Origin: Thermoplasmatales archaeon SW_10_69_26
Lineage (GTDB): Archaea; Thermoplasmatota; SW-10-69-26
Direction: 5' to 3'
DNA length: 64,000 nucleotides
Assembly (NCBI GenBank): GCA_003009755.1
Contig: PXUB01000001.1
Coordinates: forward strand, 85,854 to 149,853
This document shows, piece by piece, positions 48,501-57,034 of the stretch (position 1 is the stretch's first letter; each line of letters opens with the position of its first letter). Under the pieces are notes generated by a model that was not told the DNA's origin, ran no database searches, and was given only the letters and a program-made list of their open reading frames with translations. Position numbers and translations under genes: made by a program.

Positions 48501-51500
48501 GTCGACGTGCTCGGCGAACAGCTGGGCCGCGTCGTCGACGGTCGGCACGTCGGCCAGGCTCATGCCCTCGATCGGCGGGATGCCCAGCTCCTCGCGCGCC
48601 TCGGCGAGCACCTCGGCCTGCTTGACCGTGTCCACGCCCAGATCAGCCTCGAGATCCATGCCCGGATCGATCACGTCCTCGGGGTAACCGGTCTTGCGTG
48701 AGACGAGGTCGACGAGCAACGCGCGGACCTGGGCGGGATCGACGCCGTCGGTGTTGGCGGTCGAGCCGTCCTGAGCGGTGGCCGATCCGCCCTCGGCGGT
48801 GGGCTCGGGGCTGCGGTCGGGCAGGGGCTGGCTGGTGGAGCCCTTGCCAGGCTGGCGGGCGGCGGCCGGGCGCGCCTCGGCTTCGCGGGTCTGGGTCTGG
48901 GTCGTCTGCGTCTCCCGATCGGGGTCGACGGCGCGCAGCAGGCGGTCCTGGCGGGTGACGGTGGCGTCCCCGACCGCACGGGATAGCCAGTCCTCGAAGG
49001 TGGCCTGGTCGATCTGGCCGGGCGCCTCGGCGATGCGTTCGAAGCAGGCCATGGCGACCTGGCTGCCGAAGCCGGCGGCGAAGCGCAGCGAGCGCGAGCG
49101 GTCGGTCGGGCCGCCCTCGCTGAAGGTGAACGTCTCGAAGGCGGGGTCGGGTTGCTCGAGGTTGGCGACGGGCGGGGCCTGGCGGCGGCGCAGCAGGTCG
49201 ACGGCGATGCCGTCCTCGAGCCCGGCGCCCATGGCGTGGCCTGTGAGGCCCTTCGTGTTGGTGACGAGCACGTCCTCGGCGTCGTCGCCGAGCGCGGCTT
49301 GCAGGGCGTCGATCTCGGCTTCGGCGGACCCGCCGCGGGGCGGGGTGGCGGGTTCGTGGCTGACGAAGACGAGGTCCTCGGCCAGCTCGCTGCGCGACAG
49401 GTCGGCGTCCTGGCGGACCTGGTCGAGGAAGGCCTCGACCTCGGCGCTGACGTGGTCGGGATCCAGGCGGGCGCCGTGGAAGGCGCTGTTGGCGACGCTG
49501 GTCTCGGCGATCTCGGCCAGCGGGGTGAGGCCGCGCTCGGTGGCGGCCTCGTGGGTCTCGACGACGAGCCCGACGGCGCCGGAGCCGACGAGCATGCCGT
49601 TGCGACGCCGGTCGAAGGGCAAGGCGGCCTCGTCGACGGTGTCGGCGGTGCTGGCGGCGCCGGCGGCCATGAAGCCGCTGCCGATCCAGGGCAAAAGCTT
49701 CTCGTTGCCGGCGACGTCGGCGCCGAGCACGATCACGCGCTCGCAGCGACCCTGCTCGATCCAGTCCTGGGCGAGGGCGAGCGCGCTCGTGGTGCTGGCG
49801 CAGGCGGCGTTGACGTGCAGGTTGGGGCCTCGGGCGTCGACGAGCTGGGCGACCTGGGCGTGTCCCATGCCGAGCACGCGGAACAGGAAATCGCGCGGGA
49901 ACTCGTCGGTGCTGGCGTGGGCGGGCTCGGGCTCGGCTCGATCGGTGTCGAGGTGGGTCTGGGCGGCCCAGTCCATCAGCTCGGCGCGGCCCTCGGCGTC
50001 CAGGTGGTCGCCCAGACGGTCGATGGCGTCGACGAGCGTGTCGGGGTCGGCGCCGGCGGGTGTCGGGCTGGGGGCCTGGGTGTCGACGATGTCGAGCAGG
50101 TTGTCGTAGCCGGGGAAGGCGCTGGCGAGGACGACGCCGGTCTCGGCCTGCAGGGGTTCCGGCAGCGACCAGCCCTCCTGCAGCGTCGTGCCGGTGCTGG
50201 TCTCGTGCTCGTCGGGGACCAGCGGGATCGAGGCGTCACTGAGGGCCTCGAGCGCGGCGGCGACGGCCAGGCGGGCGGTCCGGTCGGCGTCCTCGAGCCA
50301 GTCCTCGTCGACGCCGTAGGCCGACAGGTCGACGTCGGCGATGCGGCCGGCGAGCGAGACGACGTCCTCGGGGTCGTCGACGGCCTCGAAGCTGGGGCCG
50401 CCGTCGCCGTTCTTGTCGAGGCGTTGGACGCCCATGTCGGCCATCGTGCGCCGCTCGCCGTCGGGGACCTCGCTGAGGAGGTTCTCGCCCTCGAGCAGCG
50501 CCTGGCGGGCGGCCGGGTCGAAGGGATCCTCGACGCCGGGCACGCCGAGGCTGACGCCGGAGACGACGGTGCGCGGCGTCTGGACCTGCCGGGGCTCGGC
50601 GGGGCGAGCTTGCGCCGGGGTCGGCCGGGGGTCTGGCGTGAGCTGCGTGCTCGGCTGCGGCTCGTCGGCCTCGGCGGTGGGAGGGTCGGCGAGGCCGGCG
50701 GCGGTGAGGGCCAGCCGGGCTCGCGAGAACGAGGCGAGCTCGCCGGTGCGCTCGTGCATGGTGGGCACGGCGGGGATGTGGTCGGCGTTGGCTTGCGCCA
50801 GGCCGGAGAGCACGCGACCGGGGCCCGTCTCGACGATCATGTCGAGGTTCGCGTCGTCGAAGGCCTCCATCGTCTCGACCCACTCGACGGCGCTGGCGAC
50901 CTGCTCGGCGAGCAGGTCCCGGATCGCGTCGGGGTCCTCCGGGTAGGGGTCGCCGGTGGCGTTGGCGATCACGGTCGTCTCGGGCGGGTCGACCGGGATC
51001 CGCTCGAGCACCTCGCGCAGGGGGGCCTGCGCGGGTTCGACGATCGGGCTGTGGAAGGCCGCGGAGACCTGCAGTTGGCTGTTGCGGACGTCAGACTCGT
51101 CGGCGCGCTCGGCCAGGGTCTCGAGCGCGGGCGTGGTGCCGGCGACGACGGTCTGCTCGGGACCGTTGACGTTGGCGGGCCAGGCGTCGAGGTCCTGGAT
51201 GAGATCGAGCGCGCCAGCGCGGTCGGTCTCGAGCGCGACGAGGCCGCCGGGATCGTCGACCTCGACGTCGGCCATCTCCCGGCCGCGCGCGCTGACGGCG
51301 TGCAGGGCGTCCTCGAAGCTGAGCGTGCCAGCCGCCACGAGCGCGGCGTACTCGCCCAGGGAGTGCCCGGCGACGATGTCGGGGTCGACGCCCAGCTCCT
51401 CGAGGACGCGCAGCATGGCGACGTCGGCGGCGAGCACGGCGGGTTGGCAGACCTCGGTCGGGGTCAGCGCCTGGATGCCGTCCTCGCCTTCCTTGGCGAG

Positions 51501-54500
51501 CAGCTCGGTCAGGGGTCGGCCCAGCAGCGGCGTGAGGACCTGGTCGGCTTCCTCGAGCACCTCGCGGGCGGCGGGGAAGTGCTCGGCCAGCTGCAGAGCC
51601 ATCTGCGGGTACTGGCTGCCTTGGCCGGGGAACACGAGGCCGAGCTTGCCCTCGGTGTCGGTCAGGTCGCCGACGGCGACGCCTTGCACCAGCGCCAGCT
51701 GGGGCGGCAGCTCGCCGGTGATGGCTTGCTCGATCGTGTCCTGGTCGACGTCGGGCGTGTGCGCGACGCGGACGGGGTCCTCGGGATCGAAGCGGCGGGC
51801 CTGGGGCGGCTTGGCGATCTCCTCACGCAGCGCCTGGCGGTCGGGGGCGCTGGCGAGGCGGGGCTCGGTCGGGTCCTCGGGGTCCTCGCCGCGGGCTTGG
51901 GGCGGGGCGGAGAGGACGACGTGGCTGTTCGTCCCGCCGAAGCCGAAGGCGGAGACACCAGCCAGGCGCTCGTCGTCGCTCCAATCGGTCGGCTCGGTCA
52001 CCAGGGACAGCGGGGTGTCGTCCCAGGCGACCTCGCTGGTGGGGTCGTCGACGACGGTCGGGGGCAGCGTGGCCTCGTCGATGGCCTTGGCGGCCTTGAT
52101 CAGGCCGGCGGCGCCGGCGGCGGCCTTGAGGTGGCCGATGTTGGCCTTGATCGAGCCGAGCCCGATCTCGCCGGGGTCCTCGTCCAGCACGGCCTCGAGC
52201 GTCTGGACCTCGGTCGGGTCGCCGACCGGGGTGCCGGTGCCGTGGGCTTCGACGAGCGTGAGGTCCTCGGGGTCGACGTCGGCGTCGTCGAAGGCGTTCT
52301 CGAGCGCGCGGCGTTGCCCGCTGGGGTTGGGCGCGGTGATGCCCTTGCCTTTGCCGTCGCTGCTGGAGCCGACGCCGCGGATGCAGGCGTAGACGTGGTC
52401 GCCGTCCTCGATGGCGTCCTCGAGACGTTTGAGGACGAGGCAGCCGGCGCCTTCACCCATCACGAAGCCGCTGGCGCGCTCGTCGAAGGGGAACGAGCCC
52501 TCGGGCGAGAGCGCGCCGATGGCGGAGAACTTGGCGAACGTGCCGGGATCCATCGAACGGTCGACGCCGCCGGTGAGGGCCACGTCGACGCGGTCCTCGT
52601 GCAGGAGGGTGACGGCGTCCTCGAGCGCGGCCAGCGAGCTGGCACACGCCGCATCCACGGTGCGGGCGGGGCCGCCGATGTCGTAGACGCTGCAGACGCG
52701 CGAGGCGACGATGTTGGCCAGCTCGCCGGGCATCGTGTCCTCGTTGATCTCGGGGAGGTCGTCCTGGGCCTGTTCGAGCGTGGCGAGCACGTCCTCGTCG
52801 GCGTCGTCGTCGGCGATGGCTTGCTTGGCCTCCTCCAGCGCCAGGCGGCGGCTGGTCCACATGCGTTGCTCGCCGCCCATCGCGTTGCCGAGGATGACGG
52901 CCCAGTCGTTGCGGTTCTCGTCCTCGAGCAGGCCGGCGTCGGCGAGGGCGTCGCCGGCGGCGTGCACGGCCCACTTCTGGCTGTCGTCCATCTGGTCGGC
53001 GACGTTGGGCGGGATGCGGTGCTCGATCGGGTCGAAGTCGACGTCGTCCTCGTCGACGAACCCGCCGAGCACGGTGTAGGTCTCGCCGCTGACGTCGCGG
53101 GTGTCGGCGAGGTGGGTCTGGGGATCGATCGGCCAGCGGTCCTCGGGGATCTCGTCCACGGCAACACGGCCCTCGAGCACGTTGTCCCACAGCTGGTCGG
53201 GGTCGCCGGCGTCGGGCATGATGCAGCCGAGGCCGACGATCGCGATCGCGTCCTCGGGCACCTCGTCGTAGCCGCCGATCGCGGGGGGTTGGGCCAGGCG
53301 TTCGTCGAGGGCCTGGGCCGCCTGGGCGGCGTCGTCGGTGACGCGGCGGTGCAGGTCCTCGATCGTGTAGGTGTCCTCGATGAGCTCGGCGCCTTGCCCC
53401 ATGAGGTAGTTGCCCTCCTGGAGCTGTTCGTCGCTGGACACCTCGTCGTAGGTTCCGTCGTCTTGTCGGGTGACGCCTTGGGCGGCCAGGCGCGTGGCGC
53501 CGAGGTTCTCGTCCTCGACGCGTTCCTTGCGTTCGTCGAGGTCGACGCCTTCGTTGACGAGCTCTTGCTCGAGCTCTTGGACGCGGTCGGTGAACGGGGT
53601 TGGGGCCGAGCGGGCGCGGATGCCGACGGTCTCGCCGGTGACCTCGGTCTCCCTGGAGGCGAGGACGAGGCGCTGGTACTCGGGCGTGGTGGCGCCGGTC
53701 GCGACGATCTCCTCGGTCGCGAGGTAGGCGGTGCCCATGAGCACGCCCACGCGGGCTTCGTCGACGCCGGCGGCCAGCGTGCCGGCCATCGCGGCGGTCT
53801 CGTCGTCGCTGATGCCGCCGGCCAGCAGGACCTTGACGTCCTCGCCGACGCTGGCAACCTCTTGCAGGGCGACGTCCCAGAGCACGAGGCTCGGCAGCTT
53901 GCCGATGTGGCCGCCGCACTCGTTGCCTTCCACGACGACGTGGTCGAGCCCGGCTTCGATCGCCGAGCGCACGAGCCCGCGGGAGGGCGTGTGCAGGTAG
54001 GTGTCGACGCCGGCGTCCTCGAGCTCGCGGGCTTGTTCGACGGTGCCGGCCGCGATGAGGGCCTTGTCGGGCTGCTCCTCGCGGATCAGGCGTTGGTGGG
54101 CGTCGCGCTTGTCCTCGTTGAGGTCGAGCCCGATGATGCCGCAGCCGAAGGCCTGGTCCTCGTCGAGGGTGTCCAGCGTGCCGTCCATGAGGTCCTCGGC
54201 CCACTCGGGGCGGAGGGAGGCGAAGGCGAGGAACGGCAGCCCGCCGGCGTCGGCGACGGCCTTGGCGAAGGCGGGTTCCTCGCTGACGTTGGCCATGGCG
54301 CCTTGGACGACCGGGAGGTCGGTGCCGTGGGCCTGGGCCAGGGGCGATCCCTCGGTGAGGGGGAACTTGTCGGCTTGCTCACGCACGCGGGTCTCGAGGT
54401 GGTCGAGCGCGGCCTCGAGCGTGCCCATCTCGGCGAAGAAGCCGGCGTGGGCGGCGTCGGCGCCGAGCGCGTGGATCGCGTCGTGGGGGTCCTCGGTCCA

Positions 54501-55262
54501 GTGCCCGCGCTCCTCGTCGAGCAGGGCGCGGAGGTGGGCGCGGCGCGTGGCGGGGCCGAGTTCGCTGGAGTTGCCTTGCTCGTCCTCCCAGGCGTCGTGG
54601 ACGTGTTCGTCGGCGGGGCGGGCCAGCGCGTAGAAGGGCTCGTCGAGCGTGGAGCCGAGCGCGCGGACGTCGCCGCCGTCGAAGGCGCCCAGAGCGCGGG
54701 TCCAGGCGTCCGACAAGCCGGCCTCGGGGAGCCCGTACAGCTGGGCGTCGAGGACGACCATGTCGGCGTGGACGAGCAGGGCGCCGGTCGCGCTGGGGCC
54801 GGCGCCGCCCCAGGCGATCGTCGGCAGGTCGAACTCGTCGAGCGCCGGCAACAGCACCAGGCTGGAGGTGTCGCTGGCGCGGCCGGGGCCTTCGCCGCCG
54901 CGGGCGACGAGCGCGTCGGCGCCGGCGTCGCGGGCGCGGCGGGCCTCTTGCACGTCGCGGACCTCGACGGCGGCGGGGACGCCGGCGGCCTGCCAGGCGT
55001 CGACGGCTTGCCGCAGCTGGGGGAGGCTTCCCGCGTCGATCTGCCAGGTGGCGATCACGGCGATACCGGCCTCGGGGATCGGATCGTCCTCGGGGCGGAC
55101 GCGCACGAGCGTCCGGCTGGGGTCGATCTCGGCCAGGCGGTCGTCGGCATACGGGCGGGTGCGGTCGACGAGCGCCCAGGCGCCGGCGACTTGCGCGGCT
55201 TCGGCGAGCTGGGAATCCGGGACCTGGGGGTCGGCGACGACGAGTCGCTCTCGTGCGTGCAT
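45519..55262 (-). CDS. Type I PKS/FAS-like megasynthase: degenerate ER, ER (PfaD/FabK-like), KS, AT, KS, ACP, ACP, KR, DH, PPTase
   Basis: EGNECGGH; DAACASS, HGTGT, NIGHL; FPGQGSQ, GHSLG, AFHS; NAACAS, TGHAMG; LGVDTVK x2; GQADYALAN; FLDDHQV..PG; GIDLE, WTLKEA. Confidence 0.95.
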   Translation of the reverse strand: MHARERLVVADPQVPDSQLAEAAQVAGAWALVDRTRPYADDRLAEIDPSRTLVRVRPEDDPIPEAGIAVIATWQIDAGSLPQLRQAVDAWQAAGVPAAVEVRDVQEARRARDAGADALVARGGEGPGRASDTSSLVLLPALDEFDLPTIAWGGAGPSATGALLVHADMVVLDAQLYGLPEAGLSDAWTRALGAFDGGDVRALGSTLDEPFYALARPADEHVHDAWEDEQGNSSELGPATRRAHLRALLDEERGHWTEDPHDAIHALGADAAHAGFFAEMGTLEAALDHLETRVREQADKFPLTEGSPLAQAHGTDLPVVQGAMANVSEEPAFAKAVADAGGLPFLAFASLRPEWAEDLMDGTLDTLDEDQAFGCGIIGLDLNEDKRDAHQRLIREEQPDKALIAAGTVEQARELEDAGVDTYLHTPSRGLVRSAIEAGLDHVVVEGNECGGHIGKLPSLVLWDVALQEVASVGEDVKVLLAGGISDDETAAMAGTLAAGVDEARVGVLMGTAYLATEEIVATGATTPEYQRLVLASRETEVTGETVGIRARSAPTPFTDRVQELEQELVNEGVDLDERKERVEDENLGATRLAAQGVTRQDDGTYDEVSSDEQLQEGNYLMGQGAELIEDTYTIEDLHRRVTDDAAQAAQALDERLAQPPAIGGYDEVPEDAIAIVGLGCIMPDAGDPDQLWDNVLEGRVAVDEIPEDRWPIDPQTHLADTRDVSGETYTVLGGFVDEDDVDFDPIEHRIPPNVADQMDDSQKWAVHAAGDALADAGLLEDENRNDWAVILGNAMGGEQRMWTSRRLALEEAKQAIADDDADEDVLATLEQAQDDLPEINEDTMPGELANIVASRVCSVYDIGGPARTVDAACASSLAALEDAVTLLHEDRVDVALTGGVDRSMDPGTFAKFSAIGALSPEGSFPFDERASGFVMGEGAGCLVLKRLEDAIEDGDHVYACIRGVGSSSDGKGKGITAPNPSGQRRALENAFDDADVDPEDLTLVEAHGTGTPVGDPTEVQTLEAVLDEDPGEIGLGSIKANIGHLKAAAGAAGLIKAAKAIDEATLPPTVVDDPTSEVAWDDTPLSLVTEPTDWSDDERLAGVSAFGFGGTNSHVVLSAPPQARGEDPEDPTEPRLASAPDRQALREEIAKPPQARRFDPEDPVRVAHTPDVDQDTIEQAITGELPPQLALVQGVAVGDLTDTEGKLGLVFPGQGSQYPQMALQLAEHFPAAREVLEEADQVLTPLLGRPLTELLAKEGEDGIQALTPTEVCQPAVLAADVAMLRVLEELGVDPDIVAGHSLGEYAALVAAGTLSFEDALHAVSARGREMADVEVDDPGGLVALETDRAGALDLIQDLDAWPANVNGPEQTVVAGTTPALETLAERADESDVRNSQLQVSAAFHSPIVEPAQAPLREVLERIPVDPPETTVIANATGDPYPEDPDAIRDLLAEQVASAVEWVETMEAFDDANLDMIVETGPGRVLSGLAQANADHIPAVPTMHERTGELASFSRARLALTAAGLADPPTAEADEPQPSTQLTPDPRPTPAQARPAEPRQVQTPRTVVSGVSLGVPGVEDPFDPAARQALLEGENLLSEVPDGERRTMADMGVQRLDKNGDGGPSFEAVDDPEDVVSLAGRIADVDLSAYGVDEDWLEDADRTARLAVAAALEALSDASIPLVPDEHETSTGTTLQEGWSLPEPLQAETGVVLASAFPGYDNLLDIVDTQAPSPTPAGADPDTLVDAIDRLGDHLDAEGRAELMDWAAQTHLDTDRAEPEPAHASTDEFPRDFLFRVLGMGHAQVAQLVDARGPNLHVNAACASTTSALALAQDWIEQGRCERVIVLGADVAGNEKLLPWIGSGFMAAGAASTADTVDEAALPFDRRRNGMLVGSGAVGLVVETHEAATERGLTPLAEIAETSVANSAFHGARLDPDHVSAEVEAFLDQVRQDADLSRSELAEDLVFVSHEPATPPRGGSAEAEIDALQAALGDDAEDVLVTNTKGLTGHAMGAGLEDGIAVDLLRRRQAPPVANLEQPDPAFETFTFSEGGPTDRSRSLRFAAGFGSQVAMACFERIAEAPGQIDQATFEDWLSRAVGDATVTRQDRLLRAVDPDRETQTTQTQTREAEARPAAARQPGKGSTSQPLPDRSPEPTAEGGSATAQDGSTANTDGVDPAQVRALLVDLVSRKTGYPEDVIDPGMDLEADLGVDTVKQAEVLAEAREELGIPPIEGMSLADVPTVDDAAQLFAEHVDGADGATTNGSSEADIDADEAAAEPASTNGSSGTQPTETDGPDVSEVEALLVDLVSRKTGYPEDVIDPGMDLEADLGVDTVKQAEVLAEAREELGIPPIEGMSLADVPTVDDAARLLAEHAGTPASDADTASENGSADTHHEADAIQRTAWRWRPAQPPEGSLQPDQVTIEGPLPEATQARLGDASDGPDAPLHVVSVTAEADPEALTDLLVHLQDVPEEARTVLVAAGEDASARGLPALAGTLRAEEIDARAVIVGEDVTDETLVAEILADTTTDVRLDGSLRQRPAPAPTDPEAELDLAEPITVLAPGGLGAAVQPCLAELADRHEVRLALVGRSPLVDPELDPDDEDEIQDLREQMLAEAQRTGEDPTPAEIEERVQREVRKARRAHAYQALAAVAETSYHRADATDGDALAEVVATVEDDWGAIDLVVHGVGVDRSRGFADKTRDEMQLVLDTKLTPVHKLTDELPEAHHVAFGSIAGAYGNPGQADYALANGCLPGLLAPVDGTLIHWTAWDAAGGMADDDTVRAVLEDREVTFLAPERGAEVFTDAFAQPGTFLVADQQPRTPHTGTDELHLTGEEAFLDDHQVAGRPLVPGVRYLQALRQATAPDASPVEALHEVGFTQPAWITEPTTLRVEATGEAWQVTQNDTVHARARAGPGPGVKPVDRADPETDPIAAEAIYERLFHGPSFQVLTRARPGEDHVRAQADLTVGGASPHALAIEAAMQAAGLTRESRQLPVGIKTLSFEAAPRQGQVRVDARLVAADATGSTWDATVRDGEEPIVHVRGLRLQRTDANQQVTGELVSFAPDGVALSGQPVDVLDPRDPRGKREAEREAGTHAAERTLQEAFGDDASLDRDDGRPVVDGAEGSVSITHGHGLAIAAARQGSPIGIDLERIEDRSDAWREDSLTSDERAMLADAEIETTLGETLAWTLKEAAAKALGTGLEEPAQAYEVTHLAGDSACIHSPEGGFQARWTTIGDLVLSLAEPEA

Positions 55263-55275
55263 CGGGTGTGCCTCC

Positions 55276-56883
55276 TCAAAGGGGGGTGTTTCCGTGGGGC
55301 TTGGATGGGGACTCGTGGCCGGCGTCGGAGAGCCGGTCGAGCCACGTGATCATGCGGTTGCGGGTGTGACGGGGTTCGACGACCTCGTCGACGTAGCCTT
55401 CGCGCGCGGCCTGGTAGGGGTCGGCGAAGGCGTCCTCGAACTCCTGGCGGAGCTGGGCGCGCAGGGCTTCGGGGTCGTCTGCTTCGGCCAGCTGTTCGCG
55501 GTGGAGGACGCGGACGGCGCCGTCGGGGCCCATGACGGCGATCTCGGCGGTGGGCCAGGCGAGGTTGACGTCGCAGCCGAGGTGCTGGCTGTTCATCGCG
55601 ATGTAGGCGCCGCCGTAGGCTTTGCGGAGCACGCAGGTGAGCGTGGGGACCTCGGCTTCGGCGTAGGCGTGCACGAGCTTGGCGCCGTGGCGGATGACGC
55701 CGTTGTGCTCTTGGTCGGTGCCGGGCAGGAAGCCGGGTACGTCGACGAGGCTGACGACGGGGAGACCGAAGGCGTCGCAGGTGCGCACGAAGCGGGCGGC
55801 CTTGGTCGAGGCGTCGAGGTCGAGCACGCCGGCGAGGTGGGCGGGGTCGTTGGCGACGACGCCGACGGGGGTGCCGCCCAGGCGGGCGAAGCTCGTGCGG
55901 ATGTTCGGGGCGAAGTCCTGCATGACCTCGAGCGTGCGGCCGCCGTCGACGATGCGTCGGGTGACCTCGTCGATGTCGTAGGGCTTCTCGCGCTGGTCGG
56001 GGATGATGCCGTCGAGCACGGGCTCGGTCGTGGGCTCGGCTTCGGGGCCGTCTCGTGTCGGGAGCTCGTGCTGGGTGCTGCGGGGCAGGTAGTCGAGCAG
56101 GCGGCGGGCTTGGGCGATGGCCTCCTGCTCGTCGTCGGCGACGAAGTGCGCGACGCCGGACTCGGAGCCGTGGACGCTGGCGCCGCCCAGCTCCTCGCTG
56201 GTGACGTCTTCGCCGGTGACGGTCTCGACGACGTCGGGGCCGGTGAGGAACATCCGGCCCGAGCCGCGGACGAGGATGACGAAGTCGGTGAGGGCGGGGC
56301 TGTAGACGGCCCCGCCGGCGCAGGGGCCGGCGACGACGGTGATCTGCGGGACGAGCCCGCTGGCCTCGACGTTGCGTTGGAAGATGTCGCCGTAGCCGGC
56401 GAGGCTGGCGACGCCCTCCTGGATGCGGGCTCCGCCGCTGTCGTTGAAGCCGATGACGGGGCACCGTTGGCGGATCGCCTGGTCGAGCGTCTTGGCGATC
56501 TTGGAGGCGTGCGAGCGGCCGAGGCTGCCGCCTTGCACGGTGAAGTCCTGGGCGTACACGGCGACGGGCTTGCCGTCGACCTCGGCGCTGCCGGTCACGA
56601 CACCGTCGCCGGGGGCGGCCTTCGTGTCCCCGATCTCGGGGTCGCGGGGCTCGCGCAGCGCGTCGGTCTCGATCCAGCTGTCGGGGTCGACGAGCAGCTT
56701 CACGCGCTCGCGCGCAGTGAGCTTCCCGCGGTCGTGTTGACGCTCTTTGCGGGCCCGGCCTCCGCCTTCGTGGGCGCGCTGGCGGCGCCGCTCGAGCTCG
56801 CGGAAACCGTCGAGGTGGCCGCCTTGACCATCCGGGTCGCCTTCGCTACGGCGGTCTGGGACCGGTCGAGCGTCTTGCCTCAT
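55276..56883 (-). CDS. Acyl-CoA carboxylase carboxyltransferase subunit (PccB-like)
   Basis: GKLTARER, DSGGARIQEG and VDVPGFLPG motifs. Confidence 0.95.
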   Translation of the reverse strand: MRQDARPVPDRRSEGDPDGQGGHLDGFRELERRRQRAHEGGGRARKERQHDRGKLTARERVKLLVDPDSWIETDALREPRDPEIGDTKAAPGDGVVTGSAEVDGKPVAVYAQDFTVQGGSLGRSHASKIAKTLDQAIRQRCPVIGFNDSGGARIQEGVASLAGYGDIFQRNVEASGLVPQITVVAGPCAGGAVYSPALTDFVILVRGSGRMFLTGPDVVETVTGEDVTSEELGGASVHGSESGVAHFVADDEQEAIAQARRLLDYLPRSTQHELPTRDGPEAEPTTEPVLDGIIPDQREKPYDIDEVTRRIVDGGRTLEVMQDFAPNIRTSFARLGGTPVGVVANDPAHLAGVLDLDASTKAARFVRTCDAFGLPVVSLVDVPGFLPGTDQEHNGVIRHGAKLVHAYAEAEVPTLTCVLRKAYGGAYIAMNSQHLGCDVNLAWPTAEIAVMGPDGAVRVLHREQLAEADDPEALRAQLRQEFEDAFADPYQAAREGYVDEVVEPRHTRNRMITWLDRLSDAGHESPSKPHGNTPL

Positions 56884-57034
56884 AGGTACCCACTCCGCCC
56901 CGGATGACGTGGCCGACTTCAACCTTTGCGACCGCGTTCACCACAGACGCCGATGTCCGCCTCGGTGGTCGTCTCGCTCGTTGACGAACCCGTGGCCGGT
57001 GGGTTGAAGGCGGCGACGGGCGCCTGCCCCCGGC

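Noticed and set aside
49152-55349. 2065-aa and other long antisense ORFs
   Set aside because: Shadow ORFs of GC-rich genes with no motifs
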